Assembly (NCBI GenBank): GCA_040755695.1 | Contig: JBFMAK010000001.1 | Coordinates: 128,637-192,636, forward strand | Length of the DNA stretch: 64,000 nucleotides | Source: Candidatus Iainarchaeum sp. | GTDB taxonomy: Archaea > Iainarchaeota > Iainarchaeia > Iainarchaeales > 1-14-0-10-31-34 | Direction: 5' to 3' | Shown here: positions 37,731 to 47,474 of the stretch, in pieces | Numbering within the stretch: the first letter of the stretch is position 1 | How the letters are laid out: each line of letters starts with the position of its first letter | The notes under the pieces: generated by a model | What the model saw: only the letters and a program-made list of their open reading frames with translations | The model's database searches: none | Told to the model about the DNA's origin: nothing | Translations under genes and position numbers: made by a program

Positions 37731-38124
37731 CATCAATTAAATGTTTTATTGGCTCAAAGTCTTTTTTGTTCCAAGTTACAATAAAATCACTTTTTGACTC
37801 TAGTGCATAAGCTACATGCAATGAATCTGGAAAATGAATTCCCAACAGCCTTAGTTCCGGCTCTCTTTTTTCTATTGAATTGGCCATCCGAATTATCCCA
37901 AATCTCACTCCATGTCTTTTGAGCAATTCAATTAAGTCTTCTTCTGCACAAAAAGAATTTTTATTTACCTCATTAATTGTTAGGCTGGAAATAATTAAAG
38001 TAAATTTTCTTTTTGCACATAAAGCAAAAAAATCTTCCACCCTCTTATACATCAACTCGTAATTTCTTCCAAAGTCCAAGTTAATGTAAGAAATAATTAT
38101 ATTTGAGTCAAGGTACAAGCGCAA
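37681..38124 (-). CDS. PIN-domain (VapC-like) protein
   Basis: 'MRLYLDSNIIISY', 'SLTINEV' and 'DSLHVAYAL...DFIVTWNKKDF'. Confidence 0.6.
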   Translation of the reverse strand: MRLYLDSNIIISYINLDFGRNYELMYKRVEDFFALCAKRKFTLIISSLTINEVNKNSFCAEEDLIELLKRHGVRFGIIRMANSIEKREPELRLLGIHFPDSLHVAYALESKSDFIVTWNKKDFEPIKHLIDVISPDEVENHVPLDAH

Positions 38125-38428
38125 TCAAACCAACCCTCTCCAAGAAATTAGTCAGGGATAACTTAAATAACTTAATCTTTCGTTAATCGCCATGTTTAGG
38201 GAAAGATTAATTAATTCTTTTGCTTTTCTATTTATGGGTTTTTTTGAATGGCATTAATAAAGAAAGGGCACTGGAAGTCCATTGCAATGACCTTGATCTG
38301 GTTTCTTGTTTTTGCTGCTTTGGTTTACACTAAAAGCATTTATGAGATGGCTGCAGTATTCTTTTTCGGCTGGCTTTTCTCTTTGGTCATATTAAACAAG
38401 TCAATAAAAAATTTAGAATGAAAGAAAA

Positions 38429-38611
38429 ATGAACTGGAATAATCTTATTGCAGGAATAATAGCAGGCTTTATTGCATTTATAGTGAATCTGATAGTTCAA
38501 TTTATTTTAAGGAGGACAGCAGATTTTTGGGTTGCCTTAGGAACAGCGATTGGAATGCTGGTTGTTTTTGCAATAATCACAAGCCGTTATGACAGGCCTG
38601 GCCTAAGGTGA
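38429..38611 (+). CDS. Small two-helix membrane protein; second of a tandem pair (an untracked 57-aa TM ORF sits at ~38257-38430)
   Basis: Hydrophobic helices 'LIAGIIAGFIAFIVNLIV' and 'GMLVVFAIIT'. Confidence 0.25.
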   Translation: MNWNNLIAGIIAGFIAFIVNLIVQFILRRTADFWVALGTAIGMLVVFAIITSRYDRPGLR

Positions 38612-39499
38612 AAGCACTTTATTTAATGCCTTTTGCAAGCCCACAATATATTTCAGTTTATTTAATTCTTCAGGTTTAATCCACTTGTATTTCAAGTGCT
38701 CGTAGTTCAATTCAATTTTCCTTGTTTTGGTCTCAAAGAGCACTGGAGTGCAAAGCCAGATTTTATTGCAAATCCTGTCATTTATTTTGAACTCTTTTTC
38801 TTTTTTAATGAATTTCAATTGGTTCTTTTTGATTCCTGTTTCTTCCTTTATCTCCAAGTAAGCCCTTTTCAGGGCGCTCATTTCATTCAAATAGCCTGTT
38901 ACAGTGTTCCATTCGTTTGGGTGATGGATGTGCTTGTTTGAAGACCTTTTCAGCAACAAAATTTTTCCTTTGTGCCTAAGGAAAACAGTAACTGTCTTGT
39001 TCACTTTCTCAGGCCTGAAAGCAATAAGATACTCACAGTAATCAATTTCTGGCCTTCGGGCCATTATCTTCAATTCTGTTTTCTTGTCGAATTTTTTTAT
39101 TGCTGCATTGAAAGGCTTCTCCGAACAAAAAGTGCATGAGAGCTCTGTGTCTAAATTGTTCCTTTTGCTTGCCTCAAGAATAGGGCAGAAGCCCTTGAAC
39201 CTGAAGATTGACACGTGCCCGCTTTCCTCGTGGATGCAGAAATTTTTTTTGCTCCAAGATGGAGTTAATTGCCTCCAGAACTCCAGCACAATCTTTCTTG
39301 CAGTCCTTGCATTTTTTTGCTTTAAATTAAATTTGCTTTTGTTCTCCTCGAACCATTGAGCTCTCTTTCCTGAAAGCTTTTCTGAGAGCATCTCAAATGC
39401 TTTTTTCAATCCAACCCTCCCCCCAACAATTTTTGTGTGAGCAAATAGGTGAGTGTAAAATAGAATTTTCTCTTTCTCCAACTGCTTTACTGAAGGCAT
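38603..39499 (-). CDS. Hypothetical protein with a possible degenerate Nudix-like C-terminal domain
   Basis: 'GYLNEMSALKRAYLEIKEETGI' loosely resembles a Nudix box. AT-rich. Confidence 0.25.
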   Translation of the reverse strand: MPSVKQLEKEKILFYTHLFAHTKIVGGRVGLKKAFEMLSEKLSGKRAQWFEENKSKFNLKQKNARTARKIVLEFWRQLTPSWSKKNFCIHEESGHVSIFRFKGFCPILEASKRNNLDTELSCTFCSEKPFNAAIKKFDKKTELKIMARRPEIDYCEYLIAFRPEKVNKTVTVFLRHKGKILLLKRSSNKHIHHPNEWNTVTGYLNEMSALKRAYLEIKEETGIKKNQLKFIKKEKEFKINDRICNKIWLCTPVLFETKTRKIELNYEHLKYKWIKPEELNKLKYIVGLQKALNKVLSP

Positions 39500-39605
39500 A
39501 CAAGACCATTTAAATTTTTTTGCAAAACAATTTAAAGGGTTAGGGGGTATTATTTAGTTATAATTTAGGGCAATAAATAGGTTTTGGTGCAAAGGGTGAT
39601 GTGCT

Positions 39606-40328
39606 GTGATTGAATTAAAAAAGGTCGAGAACTGGAGCAAGGCAATACAGGCTATTTCTGCTTTTATTTCTGAAGGCAACTTCCGCTTTAACGACAACGG
39701 AATTGCATTCAAGGCAGTTGACCCGAGCCAGATAGTGCTTGTGAATTATGCCATACCGAAGAGCGCTTTCGACGAATTTGAGATTGAGCCAACCTTTGTT
39801 GGAATTGACTTGGTTGAATTGAATAAAATAATGCAGAGGATTCTTCCAAAAGACAAAATGCTCATGAACGTAGATGACAATGAACTGCACATCAAGCTCG
39901 AAGGCGAAATAAGCAGGTCCTTCAAACTGCCTTTAATTGACGTGAGCGAAGAAGAAATAAATATTCCCGCAACAAAATTTGATGCAGTAATAGAAATAAA
40001 TGCCAGAATCCTGAAGGAGGCCTTGAAGGACGCCCAATTATTCGGCAGCTCTGTTGTTTTAAGAGTTAAAGGCTCCCAATTAGTGGTTGAAGCGCGAGGC
40101 TCTCACGGGAACATGCATGCACTAATAAAGGAAACAAAGAATATTACAGTAAAGTCCCCTACAGAGGTAGTGAGCAAGTATTCGCTTAATTTCTTTGCTA
40201 ACGCGCTCAGGGAAGCCGACCCAGTAAAAAATGTTAGAATTGAACTCAAAAGCGACGCCCCAATGAAGGTCAGCTACAAGATAGGCGAGGGAGACATACA
40301 GTTCCTGCTCGCGCAGATGATTTTATAG
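39606..40328 (+). CDS. PCNA sliding clamp (paralogue 2)
   Basis: 240 aa. 'AIQAISAFISEGNFRFNDNGIAFKAVDPSQIVLVNY'. Clearly homologous to 36612-37361 but divergent. Confidence 0.8.
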   Translation: MIELKKVENWSKAIQAISAFISEGNFRFNDNGIAFKAVDPSQIVLVNYAIPKSAFDEFEIEPTFVGIDLVELNKIMQRILPKDKMLMNVDDNELHIKLEGEISRSFKLPLIDVSEEEINIPATKFDAVIEINARILKEALKDAQLFGSSVVLRVKGSQLVVEARGSHGNMHALIKETKNITVKSPTEVVSKYSLNFFANALREADPVKNVRIELKSDAPMKVSYKIGEGDIQFLLAQMIL

Positions 40329-40389
40329 GCAATTCGTTGATTGCCTTATAATACAGTTTTTAAATATTCTTTCTTTCCTTATTTTATTT

Positions 40390-41034
40390 ATGAAGACTTT
40401 TGAGTTAATTATTGAAGGGAATGTTCAAAGGGTCGGCTATAGGAATTCCGTCAGCCAAATTGCTTTTGATTTAGGGCTTAATGGAAGCATTGAGAACCTG
40501 CCTGATGGAAGAGTGAAAATAATTGTTCAAGGAAAAGAAGAGCAGTTAAATGAATTTAGTAAAAGAATAAGAATAAAGGAGTGGCCTATTGCAGTAAAGT
40601 CAATAAAGGAAAAAGAAATTAAACTGAAAGAGAAATTCACTGAATTCAAAATAGTTAGAGGCCATCCCCAAAATGAATTGAGTGAAAGGGCAGATGAAGC
40701 TGTCATCTACATGCAGAAAATGTATGGAGAAATAAGAGACTTTAGGAATGAATCAAAATCGCATTTTACTGTTTTGGGAAATAGAGTCAGCAAAGGAGTA
40801 AATGAAACAAGGCTTCTGAGAAAAGCTACAAATGTTAATTTTAACAAAATGGACGCCAAATACGACAAAGTTTCCAGCAGAATGGATAAAATGTCTGGTA
40901 AGATGGATAAAGTGTCTGATGGAATAGACGGCATGGCAGACACCCTAAAACAAACAAACTGGACCCTCAAAAAAGAATTCGGGAAATTGTCTGATGCCCT
41001 GCTCACATTAGCAACCAAGTCAACCCAAAAGTAA
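40390..41034 (+). CDS. Acylphosphatase-like domain protein with a C-terminal 'MDK'-repeat coiled coil
   Basis: 'IEGNVQRVGYRNSVSQIAFDLGLNGSIENLPDGRVKIIVQG' fits the AcyP fold signature. Repeats 'KMDAKYDKVSSRMDKMSGKMDKVSDGIDGM'. Confidence 0.5.
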   Translation: MKTFELIIEGNVQRVGYRNSVSQIAFDLGLNGSIENLPDGRVKIIVQGKEEQLNEFSKRIRIKEWPIAVKSIKEKEIKLKEKFTEFKIVRGHPQNELSERADEAVIYMQKMYGEIRDFRNESKSHFTVLGNRVSKGVNETRLLRKATNVNFNKMDAKYDKVSSRMDKMSGKMDKVSDGIDGMADTLKQTNWTLKKEFGKLSDALLTLATKSTQK

Positions 41035-41069
41035 TTCATTTTTAATTTCTTTTTAATCCTATTATTTTT

Positions 41070-42092
41070 ATGCCTGTGCCGTATGAATTGGTTTTCGCGC
41101 AAAGGTTTCCTTTTTCTTCAAGGGCAGTGAAGACAGCAAAGGAAAGCGGCTTCTCTCTTGATAATGTACCTCAAAGGGCAATAGACAGGGCAAAAGCAAT
41201 GGTGCAGCACGCAGGCCAGGGAAAAGAATATTTTCTCCCGAAAATAGCTGAGTCCTCTGACGCCCTAAAAGACGAAATAATTGCTTTTCCTCTGGCGAAA
41301 ATTTTTCTTTCGCTTATAAGGAGAGGGGAATTGAACAAGAAATTCAGCAGGATGTTCTCTGATTCAGCATTCAAGTATCTTCAATTGGAGGCAAAAGAAG
41401 ACGACTTCATAATTGACCTTGCAAAAGAGCTCAAAATAAAATTCAGGTTGAGCAACAAGAAGGAATTCTTTGCAGAAATAGACCTCTTGGATTACCTTAA
41501 GGCTTCATTCAACCAGGAGTTCATGAAATTAGTGAACCAGAGGATTAAGGCAGGGAATGTTTTCCTGAACAGGAATGACTTCATGCGCTTTGAGGCGGCC
41601 TTGGTCTACAACAAAATTCTTTCCTCGCTTCCAGTAGACACAAAAACTGTCCCAAAAAAATTCAAGGCAGCAGCAGAAGAGATTGCAGGCGAAATATTCA
41701 AGAGGACTAAAAGGGAATTCTCTTTTGTTTCAGGAGGAAAAATTGACTTGAATTTGTTTTCCCCGTGCTTTTCTTTCCTGTACGATAAGCTGGTTTCAGG
41801 AGAGCACAAGCTTCATCACTTAGAGAATTTTGATTTGGCCTGCTTTCTAGTGAACTTGAGGATGCCTGAGGAAGAAATCCTGAAACTGTACGCGCGTTCG
41901 CCCAATTTCAATGAAAGGATTGTAAGGTATCACATAAAAAACATTAAGGGCACTTCCTTAAAGCCAAGGTATTCCAGCCCTTCATGCTCTAAGATGGTTG
42001 AACATAAATTGTGCAGGAGAAATGACTCCTGCGAAGGAATAAAAACTCCTTTGGGCTACTATATAAGGGAAGTAAAAAGAAAAAGGAAGTGA
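41070..42092 (+). CDS. priL: DNA primase large (regulatory) subunit PriL
   Basis: Size, helical N-domain and C-terminal Cys cluster ('SPC', 'LAC', 'PSCSKMVEHKLCRRNDSC'). Sits next to priS. Confidence 0.55.
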   Translation: MPVPYELVFAQRFPFSSRAVKTAKESGFSLDNVPQRAIDRAKAMVQHAGQGKEYFLPKIAESSDALKDEIIAFPLAKIFLSLIRRGELNKKFSRMFSDSAFKYLQLEAKEDDFIIDLAKELKIKFRLSNKKEFFAEIDLLDYLKASFNQEFMKLVNQRIKAGNVFLNRNDFMRFEAALVYNKILSSLPVDTKTVPKKFKAAAEEIAGEIFKRTKREFSFVSGGKIDLNLFSPCFSFLYDKLVSGEHKLHHLENFDLACFLVNLRMPEEEILKLYARSPNFNERIVRYHIKNIKGTSLKPRYSSPSCSKMVEHKLCRRNDSCEGIKTPLGYYIREVKRKRK

Positions 42093-42313
42093 AGAAAAGA
42101 ATGGTTATGCCTTTTCTGGATAGATCAATTGCTTCCCTGTTCATAGTAATAATAATTGAGGTTATAATTACCTTGTGGGTGCTGAAGGTTTCGGCTGAAT
42201 GGGCTTACGGCAAAAAGGTTTCTTACTCTCAGGCATTAGTGCAGTGGCTTGCAATGATTGTGATTCAGGTGATAGTTTTATTTCTGTTGTCTTTTATTTT
42301 TGCATTGATTTAG
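42089..42313 (+). CDS. Small two-helix membrane protein (start overlaps the priL stop)
   Basis: Hydrophobic 74-aa ORF. Confidence 0.25.
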   Translation: MKKRMVMPFLDRSIASLFIVIIIEVIITLWVLKVSAEWAYGKKVSYSQALVQWLAMIVIQVIVLFLLSFIFALI

Positions 42314-43268
42314 GGAATTCAATTAGTTTTTCGCCCTTGCCAAATACAAGATGCCTTTTAGGGTAAGGGATTTCAATTCCCTCCTTGTCGAATTCCTCTT
42401 TGATTGATTCAAACAAGTCTGACCTCACATAAAATCTTTTTTCTGCGTCCTTTATCCAGGCACTCAAAACCATGTTGATTGAGTATTCCCCAAAACCCAT
42501 GTGAATAACTTCGGGGGCATCAAGATTCTTTAATACTTCAGAATGCTTTTTTGCTTTTTCAATAAGGATTTTTTTTGCTTTGCCGTAATCTGACTCATAG
42601 CTTATGCTTATTGGCATGAAGATCTTGAATGTCTTGTCCTGTCTTGTGTAATTCCATATTTCCCTTTTAGAGAATTCTGAATTAGGAATGCTCACAAGCA
42701 CATTCCCTGAAGTTTTAATGCGCGTGCTTCTCAAGCCTATGTCTATTACTTGACCGCTCCTCTCCAGTTCAATTATGTCCCCTGTCTTGTCCCTGTCTTC
42801 TGCAAGGGTTATGCTGTCCCCGACCCTGAAAGGCTTGTCTAAGATCAATACAAAGCCTGCCAGGATGTTTGCAATGGTTTCCTGTGCGCCGAATGCAATT
42901 GCAATCCCCCCAATTCCAAGGACCGCAATCAATGTTGTTATATTCAATCCGAACTGGCCTAGAATCATTATGAAGGCAATGAAGTAAACGAAATACCTTA
43001 CAATCTTCTTTATTGTATCTAAGGTCACTTTATCAAACTTAAGCTTTTCATCTATTGCCTTATGCTCCTTCAGAGAGCGCTCAATAAACCTGTTTATGAG
43101 GGAAATTGCAATTCTAGCCCCAATAAATATTATTACAATTAAGATAAGCTTGAACAACAAATCGTTTAGGGTGCCTATGCCGTCAAGGTTTATGGCCAAA
43201 ATCTTTGATATTTCTGTCTCTGTTGCTGCAATTAAAGGCTCGAACAATTGCTCCACCCCAACTTGCAA
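42294..43268 (-). CDS. mscS: Small-conductance mechanosensitive channel (MscS family)
   Basis: 'IGGIAIAFGAQETIANILAGFVLILDKPFRVGDSI' is the MscS pore-helix/beta-domain signature. Confidence 0.8.
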   Translation of the reverse strand: MQVGVEQLFEPLIAATETEISKILAINLDGIGTLNDLLFKLILIVIIFIGARIAISLINRFIERSLKEHKAIDEKLKFDKVTLDTIKKIVRYFVYFIAFIMILGQFGLNITTLIAVLGIGGIAIAFGAQETIANILAGFVLILDKPFRVGDSITLAEDRDKTGDIIELERSGQVIDIGLRSTRIKTSGNVLVSIPNSEFSKREIWNYTRQDKTFKIFMPISISYESDYGKAKKILIEKAKKHSEVLKNLDAPEVIHMGFGEYSINMVLSAWIKDAEKRFYVRSDLFESIKEEFDKEGIEIPYPKRHLVFGKGEKLIEFPKSMQK

Positions 43269-43377
43269 AAAAAAAAATTGATTCGATTAACGGAAGACTG
43301 ATTTCGAAAAATGTTGTTGTAATATTAAATGCAAGGTTATTTAAAATACTTTCCTGTTAAGTTTTTTTTATGGTGCT

Positions 43378-44601
43378 ATGCAGGCAGACAATAATACAAT
43401 AAATTTTTTATTTAGGAAATTCCATTCCTACTACGAGAAGAAGTTCGTTGACTCAGTTAAAGAAATTGAAAGAAGGGAGTTCGGCATTGGGGTATTCGGA
43501 AAAAAGATTACCGAAAGGCATTTGGCATTCGACTCAAGCAGGCACTTCAATGAATTCCTGCGCGAAGAAGCGCCATTCTATGTTTCCTGCTCTGCCGCCT
43601 ACTACCAATTCCCGGACAAGAGGCCGATGGAGGCAAAGGATTACATTAAATCGGACCTGGTTTACGAATTCGATGCAGACGACCTGAAAACAAAATGCAA
43701 GGAAGAACATGACTCCTGGCACTGCATCAAATGCGGTGCAAAAGGAAAAGGAGCAATAAGCAACTGTACTGAATGCGGCGCGGCAGTAGTATCAGAGCAG
43801 TGGGTGTGCAGTGAATGCCTTGAAGAAACAAAAAAGGAATCCTTCAAATTGGTTGAACTCCTGAAAGAAGACTTTGATTTCGTGGGAGGTATTACAGTGA
43901 ATTTCTCTGGAAGCAAAGGCTATCATGTTCATGTAAGCTCAGAGAAGATATTCTCCTTAACCAATGAAGCAAGGATTGAATTGGTTGACTACCTCACAGC
44001 AAATTCCCTGAGCCTGGAAAACCAGGGCTTCAACCTGGATTCAATGCCCTTGCAGTGCCCTAAAACAAACGAAAGGATTGGATTGAACGAGAGAATAATG
44101 GAATGGATGAAGAAATTGATTGAAGGAGAAGAAGCAGAGAGGATTGCAGGAATAACAGGAATTTCCTTCAAGGCAGCAAAAGAATTCATTAAAAGAAAAG
44201 AGAAAACCCTAAAGAACTTTGAGAAAGGCATTCTTTCGCCATTACCAAAAAAATCAAAGGCGTTCTGGTTCTCCCTCATAAAGCAGGCGACAGAAGAAAT
44301 CAGAGTGAAGTTAGACAGGCAGACCTCCATTGACGCAAGCAAAATAATAAGGGTGCCTGACACCATCCATGGCTCAACAAGCCTACTGGCAAAAAGCATT
44401 CCGTTAGAGGAATTAAAATCCTTTGACCCATTAAAAGAAAGCATAATTTTTTCAAGTAATCCCACAAAAGTATTTATTGGGAGAGCACCAAAATTCTGTT
44501 TAGGAGGCGAGTTCTTTGGTCCATACAATAAAAGCGAAGAAGTTCTGCCGGAATTCGCTGCATTATACTTGATGGCAAGGGGTTCAGCTTCAGTAAGGTG
44601 A
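43378..44601 (+). CDS. priS: DNA primase small (catalytic) subunit PriS with an inserted zinc knuckle
   Basis: 'YEFDADDL' (DxD) and 'FSGSKGYHVHV' (SGxRGxH). 'CIKCGAKG...CTECG...CSEC'. Confidence 0.8.
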   Translation: MQADNNTINFLFRKFHSYYEKKFVDSVKEIERREFGIGVFGKKITERHLAFDSSRHFNEFLREEAPFYVSCSAAYYQFPDKRPMEAKDYIKSDLVYEFDADDLKTKCKEEHDSWHCIKCGAKGKGAISNCTECGAAVVSEQWVCSECLEETKKESFKLVELLKEDFDFVGGITVNFSGSKGYHVHVSSEKIFSLTNEARIELVDYLTANSLSLENQGFNLDSMPLQCPKTNERIGLNERIMEWMKKLIEGEEAERIAGITGISFKAAKEFIKRKEKTLKNFEKGILSPLPKKSKAFWFSLIKQATEEIRVKLDRQTSIDASKIIRVPDTIHGSTSLLAKSIPLEELKSFDPLKESIIFSSNPTKVFIGRAPKFCLGGEFFGPYNKSEEVLPEFAALYLMARGSASVR

Positions 44602-44609
44602 AGGATTAA

Positions 44610-45179
44610 ATGGAATTGAATTACGATGAAATAAGAAGGATTTACAGGCTTGAAAAGAATACAAGCAAGCTTAGCGAGCTTGAAGAAGAATTTTTGGGTG
44701 AATTGAGTGAATTCATAAAAGAAGAAAAAAACAGTTACATGAACTCCCTCAAGGAAATGAACTTCTCCAAGGACAGGGACTTCATTAACCTGAAGAAAAT
44801 GATTGAAGAAATTTTTTCCTTAAGAGAGAAAAAAATATTGAATCTTGCATTGATTGCTTCAAGGACAGATGAACCCAGCGAAGAAAGAATGTTCCTGCAA
44901 GAGAAAAAGCTTTACAGGGAACTCCTTAAGATACTCAAAAAGAACAAGGAAGGCTTGAACGAAATCTTTTTAGGTAATGGAACAAAAAAAATAGAAGAAG
45001 AAAAAGAAAAACAACAAAACATGGTTTCACTAAAAATTCTAAACGAAGTGCCTTCATTTGTGGGCACAGACATGAAGGAATACGGCCCATACAAGAAAGG
45101 CCAGACAGTAGAATTACCGCAAAAAATTGCAAAGCTTTTTATTGCAAGAAAGATAGGGAAAAAAGAAGGGGAAGAATAG
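44610..45179 (+). CDS. GINS subunit (Gins51/Gins15-like)
   Basis: Helical A-domain, then a C-terminal B-domain-like 'PSFVGTDMKEYGPYKKGQTVELPQKIAKLFIARKIG'. Position immediately after priS, as in many archaea. Confidence 0.5.
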   Translation: MELNYDEIRRIYRLEKNTSKLSELEEEFLGELSEFIKEEKNSYMNSLKEMNFSKDRDFINLKKMIEEIFSLREKKILNLALIASRTDEPSEERMFLQEKKLYRELLKILKKNKEGLNEIFLGNGTKKIEEEKEKQQNMVSLKILNEVPSFVGTDMKEYGPYKKGQTVELPQKIAKLFIARKIGKKEGEE

Positions 45180-45187
45180 GTGAGGCA

Positions 45188-45373
45188 ATGAAGATTTCAA
45201 TTCCAAGGCCAAAAACAAAATTCCTTAGAGTGAAATGCGATTCCTGCGGCAATGAACAGGTAATGTTTTCTGCTCCCTCTTCAACAGTAAAATGCCTTGT
45301 GTGCGAAAAAGTGCTTGCAGAACCCAAAGCCTCAAAGCCGTCAATAAAATCAAAAATTTTAAGGGAATACTGA
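45188..45373 (+). CDS. rps27e: Ribosomal protein S27e
   Basis: 'FLRVKCDSCGNEQVMFSAPSSTVKCLVCEKVLAEP' is the C4 zinc finger of S27e. Confidence 0.8.
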   Translation: MKISIPRPKTKFLRVKCDSCGNEQVMFSAPSSTVKCLVCEKVLAEPKASKPSIKSKILREY

Positions 45374-45402
45374 AAGCTAAAAAAAAATTGAAGGAATAAA
45401 AA

Positions 45403-46179
45403 ATGAGTGAACTGCCATCAATAGGAGAAACAGTTGTAGTGAAGGTAACAAAGGTTCTGGATTATGGGGCTTTTGTTGAATTGCTTGAATACGAAAACCA
45501 GAAAGGCTTTGTGCACGTCTCCCAGATAGCCTCAAGATGGGTGAAGAATGTAAGGAATTTCGTCAAAGAAAACCAGATAAGGGCAGCGCAAGTGCTCTCA
45601 ATGAACCCAGCAAAAGGCCAGATAGACTTAAGCCTCACAAAGGTCAGCGCAGGAGCGCAAAGGGCAAAAATCGAGGAATACAAGCAGTTCAAGAGAGCCC
45701 AGAAACTGATTGAAGTCCTCTCACAGGAACAGAAAAAGCCTTTTGACGAGGCATGGCACGAGGTTGCAGAGCCCCTCATAAACAATTATGGTTCACTGCA
45801 AAAGGCATTCAATAAAATCTTGGTTGAAGAACAAGTGCCTTCAGAAATACCCAGAGAGTGGAGCAAGCCATTGCTTGAAATAGTGAAAAAGAATTTTGAG
45901 GTATCAAAAAAGGAAGTAAAGGGAATAATTGAATTGAGCTCTGCTGCATCAAATGGCGTTGAAATAATAAGGAAGACCTTAAGCCTGCTTGAAAAGGAAG
46001 CCCCAAAAAATGTTTCGGTGGAAGTTTCCTATACGGGCTCAGGCAAATACATGATTAAAGTTGTATCGCACGATTATAAAATAGCAGAAAAGTTCCTGTA
46101 CGATGCAACGCAGAAGGCAGTAAAATTCATTGAGGGAATGAAAGGCAAGGCAAGATTCAACGAAATAAAAGCCTCGTGA
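45403..46179 (+). CDS. eif2a: Translation initiation factor 2 alpha subunit
   Basis: S1 domain 'GETVVVKVTKVLDYGAFVELLEYENQKGFVHVSQI'. Conserved S27e-aIF2alpha linkage. Confidence 0.85.
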   Translation: MSELPSIGETVVVKVTKVLDYGAFVELLEYENQKGFVHVSQIASRWVKNVRNFVKENQIRAAQVLSMNPAKGQIDLSLTKVSAGAQRAKIEEYKQFKRAQKLIEVLSQEQKKPFDEAWHEVAEPLINNYGSLQKAFNKILVEEQVPSEIPREWSKPLLEIVKKNFEVSKKEVKGIIELSSAASNGVEIIRKTLSLLEKEAPKNVSVEVSYTGSGKYMIKVVSHDYKIAEKFLYDATQKAVKFIEGMKGKARFNEIKAS

Positions 46180-46203
46180 GAAAAAAAACGGAGAAGAAAT
46201 AAA

Positions 46204-46986
46204 ATGGCAACAAAAATTAATCTCGTAAAAAAAATAAAAGTAAAGGACGCAGTAATGTTCACAGGCCTTCCAGGAATAGGGCTTGTAGGCAAGATTGCTG
46301 TTGATTACATGCTCAAGCAGTTTAAGGCAGAGAAAATTGCTGAAATCTACTCTGATTCATTCCCTCCAAGCATTCACACGCGCAATTCCCTCATAGAATT
46401 AATTAAAGACGAATTATACCATTACAAGTTCCAAGGAAAAGACTATTTGTTCCTTGCAGGGCCAGTCCAGCCTTCCCTGGACATAAGGTTTGGCTCAGCG
46501 CAAGAGCACTATGAGTTCGCTGAAGCAATTGTAAGGGAAGCAAAAAAATTAGGCGTAAAAGAAATCTACACCCTTGCAGGCATCAACGTGGGAGAAAAAA
46601 GAATGAATGCCCAGCCCAAGATTGTAATTGCTGCAACCAACAAGAAAATAATACAGGAATTCAAGAAATTGAATGCTACAGAAGGCCAGGAGGAAGGCCT
46701 TATAAGCGGTGCAGCAGGCCTAATAATTGGAATTGCAGCAGAAGAAGGCATTCACGGAGCATGCCTTATGGGAGAAACCAATGCAAGGCTCATTTATGGC
46801 GATCATGGCTCAGCACAGAAGCTGATTGAACTGTTGGTGAAGAAGTTCAAGTTCAAGGTGAACATGGACGAAATAGGCAAGGAAAGCAAAAACATAGAGC
46901 AGGCATTCCAGCAGTTATCCAAGCAATTAGAAGAAGAACAGCAGGAACAGCTTCCCCCAGACAGCTCATTAAGCTATGTTAGATGA
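46204..46986 (+). CDS. PAC2-family (proteasome assembly chaperone-like) protein
   Basis: 'VMFTGLPGIGLVGKIAVDYM'. Conserved position downstream of aIF2-alpha. Nop10 is absent between them. Confidence 0.5.
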   Translation: MATKINLVKKIKVKDAVMFTGLPGIGLVGKIAVDYMLKQFKAEKIAEIYSDSFPPSIHTRNSLIELIKDELYHYKFQGKDYLFLAGPVQPSLDIRFGSAQEHYEFAEAIVREAKKLGVKEIYTLAGINVGEKRMNAQPKIVIAATNKKIIQEFKKLNATEGQEEGLISGAAGLIIGIAAEEGIHGACLMGETNARLIYGDHGSAQKLIELLVKKFKFKVNMDEIGKESKNIEQAFQQLSKQLEEEQQEQLPPDSSLSYVR

Positions 46987-47459
46987 TGGTCCTGGTGAAA
47001 TATGTGCAAACTGATTTGTGGAAAGAATGTTTAACCTGTAAAGATAAGTGTTGTAAATGGGACATTGCTTTTCCTCTTTTTGTAACAAATCATGAAAAAA
47101 GAAAACTTAGCCATATAAATACTCGTCATCCATGCTTATATTTTAATCGAAAAGAATTGTGTGAAATTTATCCTAATAGACCTTTTGATTGCAGATTTTT
47201 TCCATTCAATGTTTGGGAATCTAATGGAAAATTCTATTGGATGATTTGGAAATTAAACTGTCCTATTCTAAATAAAAATAAAGAAAAAATTGAGCTATAT
47301 CTACAAGAACATGAAAAAAAATTAATTCATAGATTTAAAAATTATCTTAATGCTTATTCAAAATTCCGACTAGAAGAACTCATAGCTAAATATCAATATG
47401 AAGTCTTAAGAAAAGTGAAGTTTAATTCTCATTCTAAACATTCTAAACACAGAAAATAA
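46983..47459 (+). CDS. YkgJ-like CxxCxxCC metal-chelating domain protein
   Basis: 'CLTCKDKCCKWD' plus downstream Cys. Markedly more AT-rich than its neighbours. Confidence 0.45.
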   Translation: MMVLVKYVQTDLWKECLTCKDKCCKWDIAFPLFVTNHEKRKLSHINTRHPCLYFNRKELCEIYPNRPFDCRFFPFNVWESNGKFYWMIWKLNCPILNKNKEKIELYLQEHEKKLIHRFKNYLNAYSKFRLEELIAKYQYEVLRKVKFNSHSKHSKHRK

Positions 47460-47474
47460 CATTATTGCAACTTA

